Shown here: in pieces, positions 18,132-26,630 of the stretch
Numbering within the stretch: the first letter of the stretch is position 1
How the letters are laid out: the number at the start of each line of letters is the position of its first letter
The notes under the pieces: generated by a model
What the model was told of the DNA's origin: nothing
Databases searched by the model: none
The model's input: the letters and a program-made list of their open reading frames with translations, nothing else
IMG/VR virus record: IMGVR_UViG_3300047282_000591
Location: 1-31,765 of that record
DNA length: 31,765 nt
Direction: 5' to 3' (one strand)
Source: a virus
Taxonomy: Duplodnaviria; Caudoviricetes
Program-made: the position numbers and the translations under genes

Positions 18132-18901
18132 CAGAACCCCAGGTTCTTACGCCGGACAAAGTCCAAGTCATATGTAGTGAAATCTAGAGGCAACGACGAG
18201 TTATTAAAGGGGTAAGGATAAACATCACCTTCAATATGGTTCTGCCACGCTGGACTCCATTTCGCATGAAGGTAATGCTTGTTCATCTCGTGGGCAATAT
18301 GAATCCGCTGAGCTAACTCAGGTTCACTGCGCCAGGTCTGCGAACCATCCGTATAGTTACCGGACACCTCACCGTGGTAATAAGGAACGCCGACCGACAT
18401 CTCGCGTTTAAGCTCTTTATGCTTAAACCGCATACCGTAATCCATATCCTCACAGTACGCAGGATATAAATTCTCATCAAACAAACCGTACTGCTGTACC
18501 ACCCAGTCCTTCAGAAGGAACACATCCCAGCCGCCGTCCTGCCCATGGACCACGCCTGTTTCCGCATCTTGCGCGTGCGTAACCATGCGCTCCAGGAACC
18601 CAGGCGTATACATTACGTCGTGGTTCGTTATGATCCAATACGGGGCGTTCATGTAGGACTTGATAATTAGGTTCCAAGCCCCGGAACACCCGATGTTGGA
18701 AGGCATGTGGCAAACCACAACGCGCTTCACGTACTTGTGCGGTAACTCTTTCAGCAGATCGAGTTCCCTCGTAATCTGATCCCGCCCGTTGTTATTGAAA
18801 ACAACAAAGGTATCTACGGGATAATCGATGCTATAGAAAAGGCGATAAACCCAATGCGGTGCATTAACAACCGCCGTACCAATAACCGGAATCGAATCCA
18901 C
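18131..18901 (-). CDS. GT2-like glycosyltransferase
   Basis: VVFNNN, NIGCSGAWN, IITNHDV and GLFDENLYPAYCEDMDY. Confidence 0.85.
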   Translation of the reverse strand: MDSIPVIGTAVVNAPHWVYRLFYSIDYPVDTFVVFNNNGRDQITRELDLLKELPHKYVKRVVVCHMPSNIGCSGAWNLIIKSYMNAPYWIITNHDVMYTPGFLERMVTHAQDAETGVVHGQDGGWDVFLLKDWVVQQYGLFDENLYPAYCEDMDYGMRFKHKELKREMSVGVPYYHGEVSGNYTDGSQTWRSEPELAQRIHIAHEMNKHYLHAKWSPAWQNHIEGDVYPYPFNNSSLPLDFTTYDLDFVRRKNLGF

Positions 18902-18909
18902 AGCAAACC

Positions 18910-19425
18910 TCAGCGAGACAGAACCAGAAGACCGTTGTTATTCCGACAATCCGAGTGAACCGTCCACTCAGGATTGGCTTCCCGGAACTCGTTAATCGCG
19001 GGCATCAGTTGTCCTTCGCACGAGACAGTGTCGTGGAAAGCCAAGAACTTACGGGCTTTATTGCCGTGCAGGCTCAGTTCTTTCGACAGGCAATCGTACG
19101 TGTGATCCGTGTCGATAAAGATGAAGTCCACCTCGGGCAGCTCGATATCGAAAGAGCTGGCCTGAATCAAACCGCAGTGGATACCCTCGGCAACGCCAGC
19201 ATCGAAAATGGCGAGCGCTTCAGGCAGCAACACAATATCGTAACTAACCAAAGACGCGGGTCGGGCCGCGATCAAAGCGGTGCTACTAACAGCAGTTCGA
19301 ACGCCAAGTTCAACCACGCTGTCGCATTGTTTCGCCAGATCGAACAACAGTTGCAGATGCTCGTTAATATCTGAAGGAGTGGCCTTGGCCAACTCAAAGT
19401 TGCGGTCTACTGTGGACAAAATCAC
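18910..19425 (-). CDS. Class I SAM-dependent methyltransferase (Methyltransf_24-like)
   Basis: VVELGVRTAVS, DFIFIDTDHTY and AFHDT. Confidence 0.85.
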   Translation of the reverse strand: MILSTVDRNFELAKATPSDINEHLQLLFDLAKQCDSVVELGVRTAVSSTALIAARPASLVSYDIVLLPEALAIFDAGVAEGIHCGLIQASSFDIELPEVDFIFIDTDHTYDCLSKELSLHGNKARKFLAFHDTVSCEGQLMPAINEFREANPEWTVHSDCRNNNGLLVLSR

Positions 19426-19520
19426 AACTAAGATCTAGCAATATATTAACACTATTCGGAGTTAAAAACCGACTTGCGTCTGGAGCACGGAGAACGCCGT
19501 TTTTACTCCACGCTTATCCC

Positions 19521-19688
19521 CTAGTTAAGATCACCCCGCTCTCGGAGCCACGCGGTTCGTAGTTGATTCGCTTTGGGCTCGACCAGATGATACGAGCTCA
19601 CCACTCCGCTCTGGTCCCCAACCTTGACCTGAACACACCCGTCATCCAACGATATGGTCTCAGTCTCAGGGAACTCAATATTGTCCAT
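19521..19688 (-). CDS. Small cyanophage-type hypothetical protein (55 aa)
   Basis: Not in the track. MDNIEFPETETISLDDGCVQVKVGDQSGVVSSYHLVEPKANQLRTAWLRERGDLN, with TAAACT upstream. Confidence 0.6.
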   Translation of the reverse strand: MDNIEFPETETISLDDGCVQVKVGDQSGVVSSYHLVEPKANQLRTAWLRERGDLN

Positions 19689-19716
19689 TTGCGTGGCGGC
19701 CCGATATCTCCGTAGT

Positions 19717-20763
19717 TTAAAGATGAAGCTTGTGTTCGCTACGCCGGGCGTACCAATCCACCGTGACTTTCAACGCAGCCTCTAGGTCCGTCTGGGGATA
19801 CCATCCAAGCTCCGTCTCAGCTTTAGACCAATCAATCGCATAGCGTTGATCGTGCCCAGGCCGGTCATCGACAAACGTAAACATCACACTCTCCTCAATA
19901 CCCATCCCCCGGATGGCCGCACCAACAGCCCAAGCCATCTCGATATTCGTCAGTTCGTTGCCGCCGCCAATGCAGTACGACTCCCCGTTTTTACCCTTAG
20001 TTATCGCCAGCAAAATTGCATCAACATGATCCTCGACGTACAGCCAATCCCGCACGTTTGACCCATTCCCATAAATAGGAATAGGCGTGTAGCTCAGTAC
20101 ACCCTCGATCACCGTGGGCACAAACTTCTCAGCATCCTGCCAGGGCCCGAAGTTGTTGGAACAGTTTGTGATTGTTACAGGTAGTCCGTACGTTTTATGC
20201 CACGCTCGAACGAGGTGGTCGCTGGCCGCTTTGGTTGCCGAATACGGCGAGTTCGGCGCATACGCAGTTGTCTCGCAGAATGCGCCAATCTCATCTAGAG
20301 ACCCAAAGACCTCATCCGTAGACACATGGTGGAACCTGAAATCCTCCTGTTCCTTACCCGGTAAGGATCGGTAAGACCGAAGCGCCGCCTCCAGGATCGA
20401 GTACGTGCCAACCACGTTGCTCTCGATAAACGCCTTCGGTCCTGCAATCGACCGATCCACGTGGCTCTCTGCAGCCAAATGGATAAAAACTGTAGGTTTT
20501 AAATACTGGCAAACCAACCCAACCCCAGCTTCATCCAACAAATCCAGCTTGTGGACCCGGACATCACCCTTGCGTTCGTGCAGCACCAAGGCACTATCGT
20601 TGCTGCCGTGCCCAAACTTGTCGATAACCGCGACAGTACAGGAGCTCTGTAGCTGTAGCCTCCTGACTACAGCCGACCCGATGAACCCCGCACCACCTGT
20701 AACGACAACTGTTTTTCCGTTGAAAAACGAATAATCAATCTCGATCTTCGTCTTCGACATCAA
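19717..20763 (-). CDS. rfbB: dTDP-glucose 4,6-dehydratase
   Basis: TGGAGFIG, HLAAESHVDRS, STDEV, YSATK, VRDWLYVEDH and DRPGHDQRYA. Confidence 0.93.
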   Translation of the reverse strand: MMSKTKIEIDYSFFNGKTVVVTGGAGFIGSAVVRRLQLQSSCTVAVIDKFGHGSNDSALVLHERKGDVRVHKLDLLDEAGVGLVCQYLKPTVFIHLAAESHVDRSIAGPKAFIESNVVGTYSILEAALRSYRSLPGKEQEDFRFHHVSTDEVFGSLDEIGAFCETTAYAPNSPYSATKAASDHLVRAWHKTYGLPVTITNCSNNFGPWQDAEKFVPTVIEGVLSYTPIPIYGNGSNVRDWLYVEDHVDAILLAITKGKNGESYCIGGGNELTNIEMAWAVGAAIRGMGIEESVMFTFVDDRPGHDQRYAIDWSKAETELGWYPQTDLEAALKVTVDWYARRSEHKLHL

Positions 20764-21187
20764 TCAAAACCAATTCAACTGAAGATTCTTTAAACATTTG
20801 CTTTGATGTCTCAAAGCTCAATGCCCATCGGTCAGGGATCGGCGCGTTGATTGAAACCACGCGTTTGATCCCCGCCTGGATCAGCAGTGTACAGCAAGAA
20901 CTACAGGGAAGAAACGGCCAGACATAGACCGTGGAATCCTGCAGAGAGATTCCGTTTCTAGCTGCCTGAGCGACAATGTTCGCTTCAGCGTGGACTGTGC
21001 GCAGCAGCTTCTCGTTTCGATTGTTGAGCCGACCGGGCAGGTCCGCAATGGCTTTGGGAAACCCGTTGTAACCAGTGGCTAGAACTCGCCGGTCTCGCAC
21101 GCACACGGCTCCAACTTGCGTAGATGGATCTTTACTCCACTGCGCAATGTGCTTGGCTAAATCTAAAAAGCGGTTGTCCCAGCTCAT
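20735..21187 (-). CDS. dCMP deaminase family protein
   Basis: SKDPSTQVGA, TGYNG, HAE and PCSSC zinc ligands. Confidence 0.92.
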   Translation of the reverse strand: MSWDNRFLDLAKHIAQWSKDPSTQVGAVCVRDRRVLATGYNGFPKAIADLPGRLNNRNEKLLRTVHAEANIVAQAARNGISLQDSTVYVWPFLPCSSCCTLLIQAGIKRVVSINAPIPDRWALSFETSKQMFKESSVELVLIDVEDEDRD

Positions 21188-21241
21188 GACTTCAGCTTAC
21201 TTATGTTCTAATGATGCGGCTAGTGGGTCGGACTACTGGGC

Positions 21242-21481
21242 TTAAAGCTCATCAGCAATAGAGAGGAGTTGTTGGCGGCATTTCTGTCTTGTGTCCCGCT
21301 CAAGCTGCCAACGCTCATCAAGAAAGTGAAGTGGTTCTTCTGGTACCACTTGATCTGCAACAGCACGCAGGACAGCGGCGGCAATCTCTTCAGCTTGGTT
21401 GGGATAATCCTCTGGATCACAAGAGCTGACATAAAGAGCAGCTTTTGCTACTGCTTGTGCAGCGAGTGAGAGTTTAGACAT
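21242..21481 (-). CDS. Cyanophage-type hypothetical protein
   Basis: LSLAAQAV...IAAAVLRAVADQVVPE...LLSIADEL pattern recalled from cyanophage accessory genes. Confidence 0.65.
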   Translation of the reverse strand: MSKLSLAAQAVAKAALYVSSCDPEDYPNQAEEIAAAVLRAVADQVVPEEPLHFLDERWQLERDTRQKCRQQLLSIADEL

Positions 21482-21495
21482 AAAAGTGATGTTGA

Positions 21496-21870
21496 CTACT
21501 CAGGCAGGGACTCAAGAGCTTGCTTAATGGTTTCAAGGTCTTGGTGAAACTCTCTGGTGTCATCAGCACCTGTGGCGATGGCATAGAGGGCACCCAGCGC
21601 CTGCTCCTTCAAGCTCGGCGGCTTGGGGCGGCGGGCGGCGCGAAGTTTGGTGCCATGCCCCCAGCCAGTACCAAGTTCACAATTCAGCCACTCACAACAC
21701 GCCTCCAGCTCCTGGTCAGCGCCCCAGCGGGCGGCTTGGGTGGCGATGTCTTGCAGTTTGGTGGTGGTAACAGTCACCATGACACACGGAGACAGCGCAG
21801 AAAACTCGGGTGCCTCTCGCCACTGCTGCACCATCTCAGGCGGCGGAGTAATCGGGTGTTCTTGAGTCAT
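21496..21870 (-). CDS. Cyanophage-type hypothetical protein
   Basis: HPITPPPEMVQQW...WGADQELEACCEWL...LRAARRPKPPSLKEQAL pattern recalled from cyanophage accessory genes. Confidence 0.7.
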   Translation of the reverse strand: MTQEHPITPPPEMVQQWREAPEFSALSPCVMVTVTTTKLQDIATQAARWGADQELEACCEWLNCELGTGWGHGTKLRAARRPKPPSLKEQALGALYAIATGADDTREFHQDLETIKQALESLPE

Positions 21871-21903
21871 TGTTAAATTTAATAAGGTGTAAAACTAAGT
21901 GAT

Positions 21904-22611
21904 TCAGGAAACTACAACCAATTTATGCACGTTGAAGTGCTTAATCCAATCCACGAGGGTCATCGTATCTTCAGCGGTTCTCAGCCCAATGCACCCGCTC
22001 GTTCCACTTTCTCCGTTTTTCTTGCCCCAGCTCGGGTCATGATGGAACCCTAGGGTTGAACGGCCGGTAGCAAACATGGGCGTAATAGGAACCCAGTACC
22101 CACTGCCTAACTCGGGGTCCGAAAAACTCTCACGAACAATCTCCCGGCGATCAACGCGATAAGTGCCCTGAGGGAGAGGAGACTTGTTACCACTCGTGTG
22201 GCGATTGAGTTGCTGACGATCAGCGCGGCCGGTAACAGCATTGAGAGTCGATAGAACCTGATCACCCTTTACTAGCTGAAGTTGCCACACGGGGTCGTTC
22301 GCCGTGGTCCGTTCACCCGTCTTAATCAGCCGCAAAAACGCAGAAGATTGGGTGGGTCCGCGATATGGTCCGGTAATCGGACGATCAGGATTGAGTGGAC
22401 CGCGATCGAATGCAGGACCCCGCATTTGGGGATCGACTTTGAGGATCACCGGAGATGTGGGATCCGCATACATCATCTCCGCGATGTCCTGATTTTGAAT
22501 ACCGTGATTACCGCTGTGGTGAGCAAGAAGCCGCTCACCAACAAAATGTACGCCGATAGCAGTAACAACTCCAAGGCTCGAAGAAAGAAGGGCAATCATT
22601 TTGAGTTTCAT
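21904..22611 (-). CDS. Exported Tlde1/DUF2778 or YkuD-like (L,D-transpeptidase fold) protein
   Basis: N-terminal hydrophobic anchor, SPLPQGTYRV, and GFHHDP...GTSGCIGL (His...Cys pair). Confidence 0.7.
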   Translation of the reverse strand: MKLKMIALLSSSLGVVTAIGVHFVGERLLAHHSGNHGIQNQDIAEMMYADPTSPVILKVDPQMRGPAFDRGPLNPDRPITGPYRGPTQSSAFLRLIKTGERTTANDPVWQLQLVKGDQVLSTLNAVTGRADRQQLNRHTSGNKSPLPQGTYRVDRREIVRESFSDPELGSGYWVPITPMFATGRSTLGFHHDPSWGKKNGESGTSGCIGLRTAEDTMTLVDWIKHFNVHKLVVVS

Positions 22612-22615
22612 GTTA

Positions 22616-23041
22616 TTAGTTCAAGTTGCCCGGACCACCCGCTGGGGGAGTCGGGTAGTACTGCGGTTCGTATCCCATGTTGCCGGGACCGCGAGCAGGT
22701 GCTGGTGCAGGTGGTGGGGGCGGAGGTGCAGGAGCAGATACTACTCCAGACTCACCAGAAGATTCAGTGACTGTTGGTGATTCGGGAGATTCGGCGGCAG
22801 TCTGCGTGGGGGCATCCTCCTTACCCGAATCCTTCCTCTCGGTTTTGTTGCGCTCAGTCTCTTCGGCCGCCAAACGCTTACCTTTATCTTCGAGAGTTTC
22901 TTGCAGTTCTCCCGGAGGATCCGGTTTGTTCTGCGGAATGAGCGCGTTAACCACGCTGGTCGACACAGCCATCAACGCGCTGGCAGCAACAAACGCAGCC
23001 AAACCGCCGACGACATAAAACGCATTACGTCGAAAGCTCAT
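22616..23041 (-). CDS. Membrane-anchored Pro-rich disordered protein
   Basis: N-terminal TM/signal, poly-Pro tail and a twice-repeated GPGN. Confidence 0.65.
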   Translation of the reverse strand: MSFRRNAFYVVGGLAAFVAASALMAVSTSVVNALIPQNKPDPPGELQETLEDKGKRLAAEETERNKTERKDSGKEDAPTQTAAESPESPTVTESSGESGVVSAPAPPPPPPAPAPARGPGNMGYEPQYYPTPPAGGPGNLN

Positions 23042-23044
23042 GGA

Positions 23045-23323
23045 TCAGCGGCAAAGGTAGTCACCACGCATCCAGCCGACCAGGCCGTTGTACTCGACAC
23101 GCCACCAACGCTGACCGTCGCCGCCCCAAACCCAGTTCATGAGACGCACGTAGTCCCCTGAAGGCACCGAAGCAATCACAGAATTGTTACGACTAGGTCC
23201 GTTCCGCAGATTGAGAGACGAATTGTAGTCCCGAGTGCAGATGCTTGCGTGGGACTGAGCGAGAACAGGAGACCCAGCCAGCAGGGTCAAGGCGCCAAAA
23301 ACGGCAACCGCAAACGATTTCAC
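23045..23323 (-). CDS. Secreted SH3b-domain protein
   Basis: Signal peptide (…SPVLA), then LNLRNGPS...WWRVEYNGLVGWMRGDYL. Confidence 0.85.
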   Translation of the reverse strand: MKSFAVAVFGALTLLAGSPVLAQSHASICTRDYNSSLNLRNGPSRNNSVIASVPSGDYVRLMNWVWGGDGQRWWRVEYNGLVGWMRGDYLCR

Positions 23324-23350
23324 GAGTGCTGTAGAACAAAGGCACGCACA

Positions 23351-23379
23351 AGAGTAGACGGAGCTGGTCTGCCTGTCAA
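23351..23379 (-). promoter_or_regulatory. Sigma70-type promoter of the SH3b/Pro-rich/Tlde1 cassette
   Basis: TTGACA (23379-23374), 17-nt spacer, TACTCT (23356-23351). Confidence 0.75.
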
Positions 23380-23427
23380 GAGAAAGGAAGTAGACCCTGT
23401 AAAAACCGTTAAACTAAAAGAAAAACA

Positions 23428-24288
23428 ATGGACATACCCGGTTTACTGCAGCAGTTAACTGCCCCCATTGCACGTACTGGGCAGAACATCGTCCGCATAG
23501 CGACGACAAACCCTGCTATTAAACCGCTTATACAGCAATACAGAAGCCTACCGAATATTGCTCGTGAAGGTCTGAACCCTTTAACCAGGGCTGGTACAAC
23601 CACGATACGCGGTGGGCTCGGCGCGAACGCATTAAACCTCCTCCGAGACACGGTTTTAGTCGGTGCAGCCGAAAAATTCTTGCCAAAAGAAGGTCAAGAA
23701 CTCCTGAACACCGGTTTAGCCGCAGAAGCTCTGGTACAAATCGGTCGTTTTAACCCCTACGTAGCCGCCGCTTACTACGGTTTGCTCGAACCGCTGCCTG
23801 CAGGAGCGACAGAACAAACCATGATCGACCTGGAGCGCAAAAGATACGAACAAACCAGAGCTGAAGCAGCTAAAGAAGAGCGCACACAAGCTGCATTGGG
23901 TGGACCGACTCCTCAACCCGTTGCCGGAAATCGGGTCGATGCCTCAACTCGCCAAACAGTTGGAATTCGCCCGCAGCAAACAGCACAATTGCAGGCGCCT
24001 GCGCGTCAGATTCCGCTTACTGCATATGAAGCAGCAGTGACAACCGGGGTCGCTCCCACAACGGTGCCTCTTTCCGAGTTTTACAGAGCGCAAGAACACC
24101 TAGGAAAGTACATGGAAGAATCCGGTGAACTGCAGCGCAGGCTCAAAGACATCGGCGGCGCACGTGGAATGAGCGATCAAGCCCTGATGGACTGGGCACA
24201 AAAAAACCCGGCACTTGCATACCGGGAAATGTATAAGCTCGAAAAGCGTGCCCGCGACTTGGCTGCAGCTGAACAAGCAGGAAGCTAG
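23428..24288 (+). CDS. Hypothetical protein
   Basis: 286-aa ORF on the opposite strand to its neighbours, with TAAACT at 23410-23415. Confidence 0.7.
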   Translation: MDIPGLLQQLTAPIARTGQNIVRIATTNPAIKPLIQQYRSLPNIAREGLNPLTRAGTTTIRGGLGANALNLLRDTVLVGAAEKFLPKEGQELLNTGLAAEALVQIGRFNPYVAAAYYGLLEPLPAGATEQTMIDLERKRYEQTRAEAAKEERTQAALGGPTPQPVAGNRVDASTRQTVGIRPQQTAQLQAPARQIPLTAYEAAVTTGVAPTTVPLSEFYRAQEHLGKYMEESGELQRRLKDIGGARGMSDQALMDWAQKNPALAYREMYKLEKRARDLAAAEQAGS

Positions 24289-24524
24289 ACGAAAGCAATA
24301 TTGTTGACGCCTTCGTTGCCTTCAAGAAGATAAACAACGGAGGGGTCCCACTCCTCCCGGTGCGGGGAATGATCCGGCTCAACTACATACAGGGTTCGAA
24401 CAGCTCCACTGCGGTTCGCCTTCTGCACGTAGTCGACAATCACTCCCCGTTTATTCGGCAGCTTTAAACTAGCCGAGGGTTTTTTCTTACCAACACGGGT
24501 TCCGATTGGAAATCTGGGTTTCAT
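24285..24524 (-). CDS. Hypothetical protein (SH3-like beta barrel possible)
   Basis: 79 aa; RFPIGTRV...RGVIVD...LYVVE. Confidence 0.6.
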   Translation of the reverse strand: MKPRFPIGTRVGKKKPSASLKLPNKRGVIVDYVQKANRSGAVRTLYVVEPDHSPHREEWDPSVVYLLEGNEGVNNIAFV

Positions 24525-24672
24525 CTTCGAGAGGCCAATAATATTCGCAGGATAGACCGGGTTCGGGAGGAGCTATATAACTTTGATAATGACTCTCTGT
24601 ACTAACGTACCGGTAGCACTTTTCACGGCATTCGCACTGCTCACCGACAGCGCATTTGCTGATGTCTGCCAT
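24487..24672 (-). CDS. Small Cys-rich phage protein
   Basis: MADISKC...CECREKCYRY...QSY...CEYYWP. Confidence 0.65.
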   Translation of the reverse strand: MADISKCAVGEQCECREKCYRYVSTESHYQSYIAPPEPGLSCEYYWPLEDETQISNRNPCW

Positions 24673-24703
24673 AAGGGTAAAAATTAGCCTACATATGTTC
24701 TAG

Positions 24704-24898
24704 TTACTCAGAGGCTACAAGGGTGACTTCGAAAGCACTCTTAACAGAGGCGGGATCAAAGCCAGCAGCAATCAAAAACTTGCGGAACGTGTCCACAGCG
24801 CCGATCAATTCAGAGTCTTCTGTCTTGACCGTAATACTGTGTGAGCTTCCGTCAGAACGACCTTCGCAGAAATACTGAAACTTAAAGCGTTGAAGCAT
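24704..24898 (-). CDS. Hypothetical protein (64 aa)
   Basis: Likely start ATG 24898 (MLQRFKFQYF...FRKFLIAAGF); the longer track start overlaps the next gene. Confidence 0.6.
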   Translation of the reverse strand: MLQRFKFQYFCEGRSDGSSHSITVKTEDSELIGAVDTFRKFLIAAGFDPASVKSAFEVTLVASE

Positions 24899-25286
24899 CG
24901 GAAGAAAGTAAATACATAGAACATTCTTCGGCAAACGAACCTCCCGCTTCAGGGAAGTCGAAAGCGCAGCCATATGATGACATATACGAGCACCGCTCGC
25001 ACGTAACGCCCAACGTATTAACAATTTCTTTCGGCTCTGGTTTGTCTGACCCCGAGACAAACTTGCGAATCTTTCCCAGTATGTTCTTATTTTCTTTAGC
25101 TAATTTAAAAAAGGATTCAGTGACTTCGTAGGTGGTGTCTCTGTAACCGCACTCTCCACATTCTCTTCTGCGTCTACGGATGCTGTCCCCACGGGTTTCC
25201 CGAGACTCAATGACTTTTACAGCGATCTCGTTGCAGGAGGGGCAGCGAATTGAGAGATGGGCACGCGCGACATCAATTGGATTCAT
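24882..25286 (-). CDS. NrdR-like zinc-ribbon protein lacking the ATP-cone
   Basis: RCPSC...KVIESR...IRRRRRECGECGYRDTTYE, with a C-terminal CERC...C...C. Confidence 0.8.
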   Translation of the reverse strand: MNPIDVARAHLSIRCPSCNEIAVKVIESRETRGDSIRRRRRECGECGYRDTTYEVTESFFKLAKENKNILGKIRKFVSGSDKPEPKEIVNTLGVTCERCSYMSSYGCAFDFPEAGGSFAEECSMYLLSSDASTL

Positions 25287-25294
25287 TTAAAAGT

Positions 25295-25495
25295 TCATTT
25301 GTTATTCGCTTCCCCCAGCAGCGCTTGGCGGATGAAGGCAGCAGTCGAATCATAGTGACCCTCATCCTCAAGGGAGGATTCCCACGTGAGTTCGTCGGCT
25401 AAATAACGTAAGACCATGGCCATACGTTCTCGTGTGTTATCTTCTAAATTACACGTAAATACTTGAACACAACGGTCAAGCAGAGATGAAGCCAT
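25295..25495 (-). CDS. Hypothetical protein
   Basis: 66-aa ORF in the operon. Confidence 0.55.
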   Translation of the reverse strand: MASSLLDRCVQVFTCNLEDNTRERMAMVLRYLADELTWESSLEDEGHYDSTAAFIRQALLGEANNK

Positions 25496-25498
25496 GAG

Positions 25499-25591
25499 CT
25501 AAGGAAGAATCCGACTAGCTAGGAATAGAAGGAGAGAACCTCCCCCTATCCAAAGTAGACATGCCCAAAGAAAAAAGGAAAGGGTGCTCAT
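25499..25591 (-). CDS. Possible 30-aa single-TM peptide
   Basis: MSTLSFFLWACLLWIGGGSLLLFLASRILP fills the gap after the tRNAs. Confidence 0.35.
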   Translation of the reverse strand: MSTLSFFLWACLLWIGGGSLLLFLASRILP

Positions 25592-25638
25592 CAGAAATGT
25601 TCAACACCAAACATTCCTTTATCCTAGTTTTCTAAAAG

Positions 25639-25722
25639 TACCTCGGGCGGGACTTGAACCCGCAAGGTCACGAGACCGACGCATTTTAAGTGCGTTCTGT
25701 TTACCAGTTTCAGCACCGAGGC
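25639..25722 (-). tRNA. tRNA-Leu(TAA)
   Basis: Acceptor GCCTCGG/CCGAGGT, anticodon arm ACGCA-CTTAAAA-TGCGT, long variable arm and T-arm GCGGG-TTCAAGT-CCCGC; no encoded CCA. Confidence 0.93.
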
Positions 25723-25728
25723 ATTAGG

Positions 25729-25801
25729 TGCGCGTCGTCAGGATCGAACTGACCTGAGGCGAATTATGAGTTCGCTGCCCTCACCAGATGGCTAGACGCG
25801 C
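25729..25801 (-). tRNA. tRNA(CAT), elongator type (Ile2 or Met)
   Basis: Acceptor GCGCGTC/GACGCGC, anticodon arm GCGAA-CTCATAA-TTCGC and T-loop TTCGATC. The paired 1-72 and lack of GGG/CCC rule out an initiator. Confidence 0.9.
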
Positions 25802-25816
25802 GGGAACGGGTGAAGA

Positions 25817-25984
25817 CTAAGCGCCTCCGACCTGTTCAGGGGGCAGTTCTTTGCAATAATCCAAAATCAGTTGTTTAACGTGTTCCTCCACGGAGATTCC
25901 GGCTTCCGCTGCTTCCTCTACGAGATCGGCGTACAGCTCATCTGGAATCTCAACTTCAAAGTTTGTTGTGTCTAAGTCCGTCAT
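25817..25984 (-). CDS. Small ribbon-helix-helix-like protein (55 aa)
   Basis: Not in the track. FEVEIPDELYADLVEEAAEAGISVEEHVKQLI; ATGA overlap with the upstream gene. Confidence 0.6.
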   Translation of the reverse strand: MTDLDTTNFEVEIPDELYADLVEEAAEAGISVEEHVKQLILDYCKELPPEQVGGA

Positions 25985-26220
25985 AAAGAAACAAGTTGTT
26001 CGTTGGTTTTAGCAGCCGAGGACCTGAGGTTGCTGATCGAAGAGCACTTGTAACAGCAGTAAGGACCTTTGCGTTTGGGGTTTTGATCTTTAGCGTAAAG
26101 CCACGTGCGGAGACGGGCGCCCTTCAGAACGATTGATTTCCCGCAGGCAGGACACACTGCAGAAAGAATCGTCGGTCTCACAAGATAAAAAGAAGTGGAT
26201 ACGTCAGAAGTAAAGCGCAT
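25981..26220 (-). CDS. Putative zinc-finger protein
   Basis: CPAC...YCCYKC. Confidence 0.6.
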   Translation of the reverse strand: MRFTSDVSTSFYLVRPTILSAVCPACGKSIVLKGARLRTWLYAKDQNPKRKGPYCCYKCSSISNLRSSAAKTNEQLVSL

Positions 26221-26262
26221 CAGGTCACTGAGCGCAACCCGAGAAACCCGAATCTCACAAAT

Positions 26263-26607
26263 TCAGTTTGAGACCAGACCTTGACGCTGGCGAAGTTCAG
26301 CTTTGTAGAGGAAACTCTTTGCCCGGCAGGCGTCATAAATCCTACTGGGATCGACGTTCGGGAACTGCAACTGGGTATTAGCCCGACAGACCTCCGCGTA
26401 ATCCATGCGTTGCCGCTCCAGGTCGTTGAACGCGCCAGTATTACGAACAAAAAGCCAAGCGGTGTAGAGAGCTGTACCTGCAGCCACGCCGACAACAGCG
26501 GCAAGAACGGAGGATCCGATCAGGTTCGGAATGCGCCAAAGGGCAATCGCTACAGGGACGTGGACGCTGTTGACGTGAATATCAGAGGTGCGACGGTCGG
26601 TGTTCAT
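26263..26607 (-). CDS. Hypothetical membrane protein
   Basis: Central TM segment; first gene after a consensus promoter. Confidence 0.6.
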   Translation of the reverse strand: MNTDRRTSDIHVNSVHVPVAIALWRIPNLIGSSVLAAVVGVAAGTALYTAWLFVRNTGAFNDLERQRMDYAEVCRANTQLQFPNVDPSRIYDACRAKSFLYKAELRQRQGLVSN

Positions 26608-26630
26608 GTGATGTGCTGTGATACCCCTGA

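Noticed and set aside
22677-22760. GGT/GCA-rich repeat-like tract
   Set aside because: It simply encodes the poly-Pro/Ala tail of 22616..23041; it is not a DNA repeat element.
24899-25060. Long overlap of ORF 24704..25060 with the NrdR-like gene
   Set aside because: Internal ATG 24898 gives a normal short overlap, and the extension looks non-protein-like.
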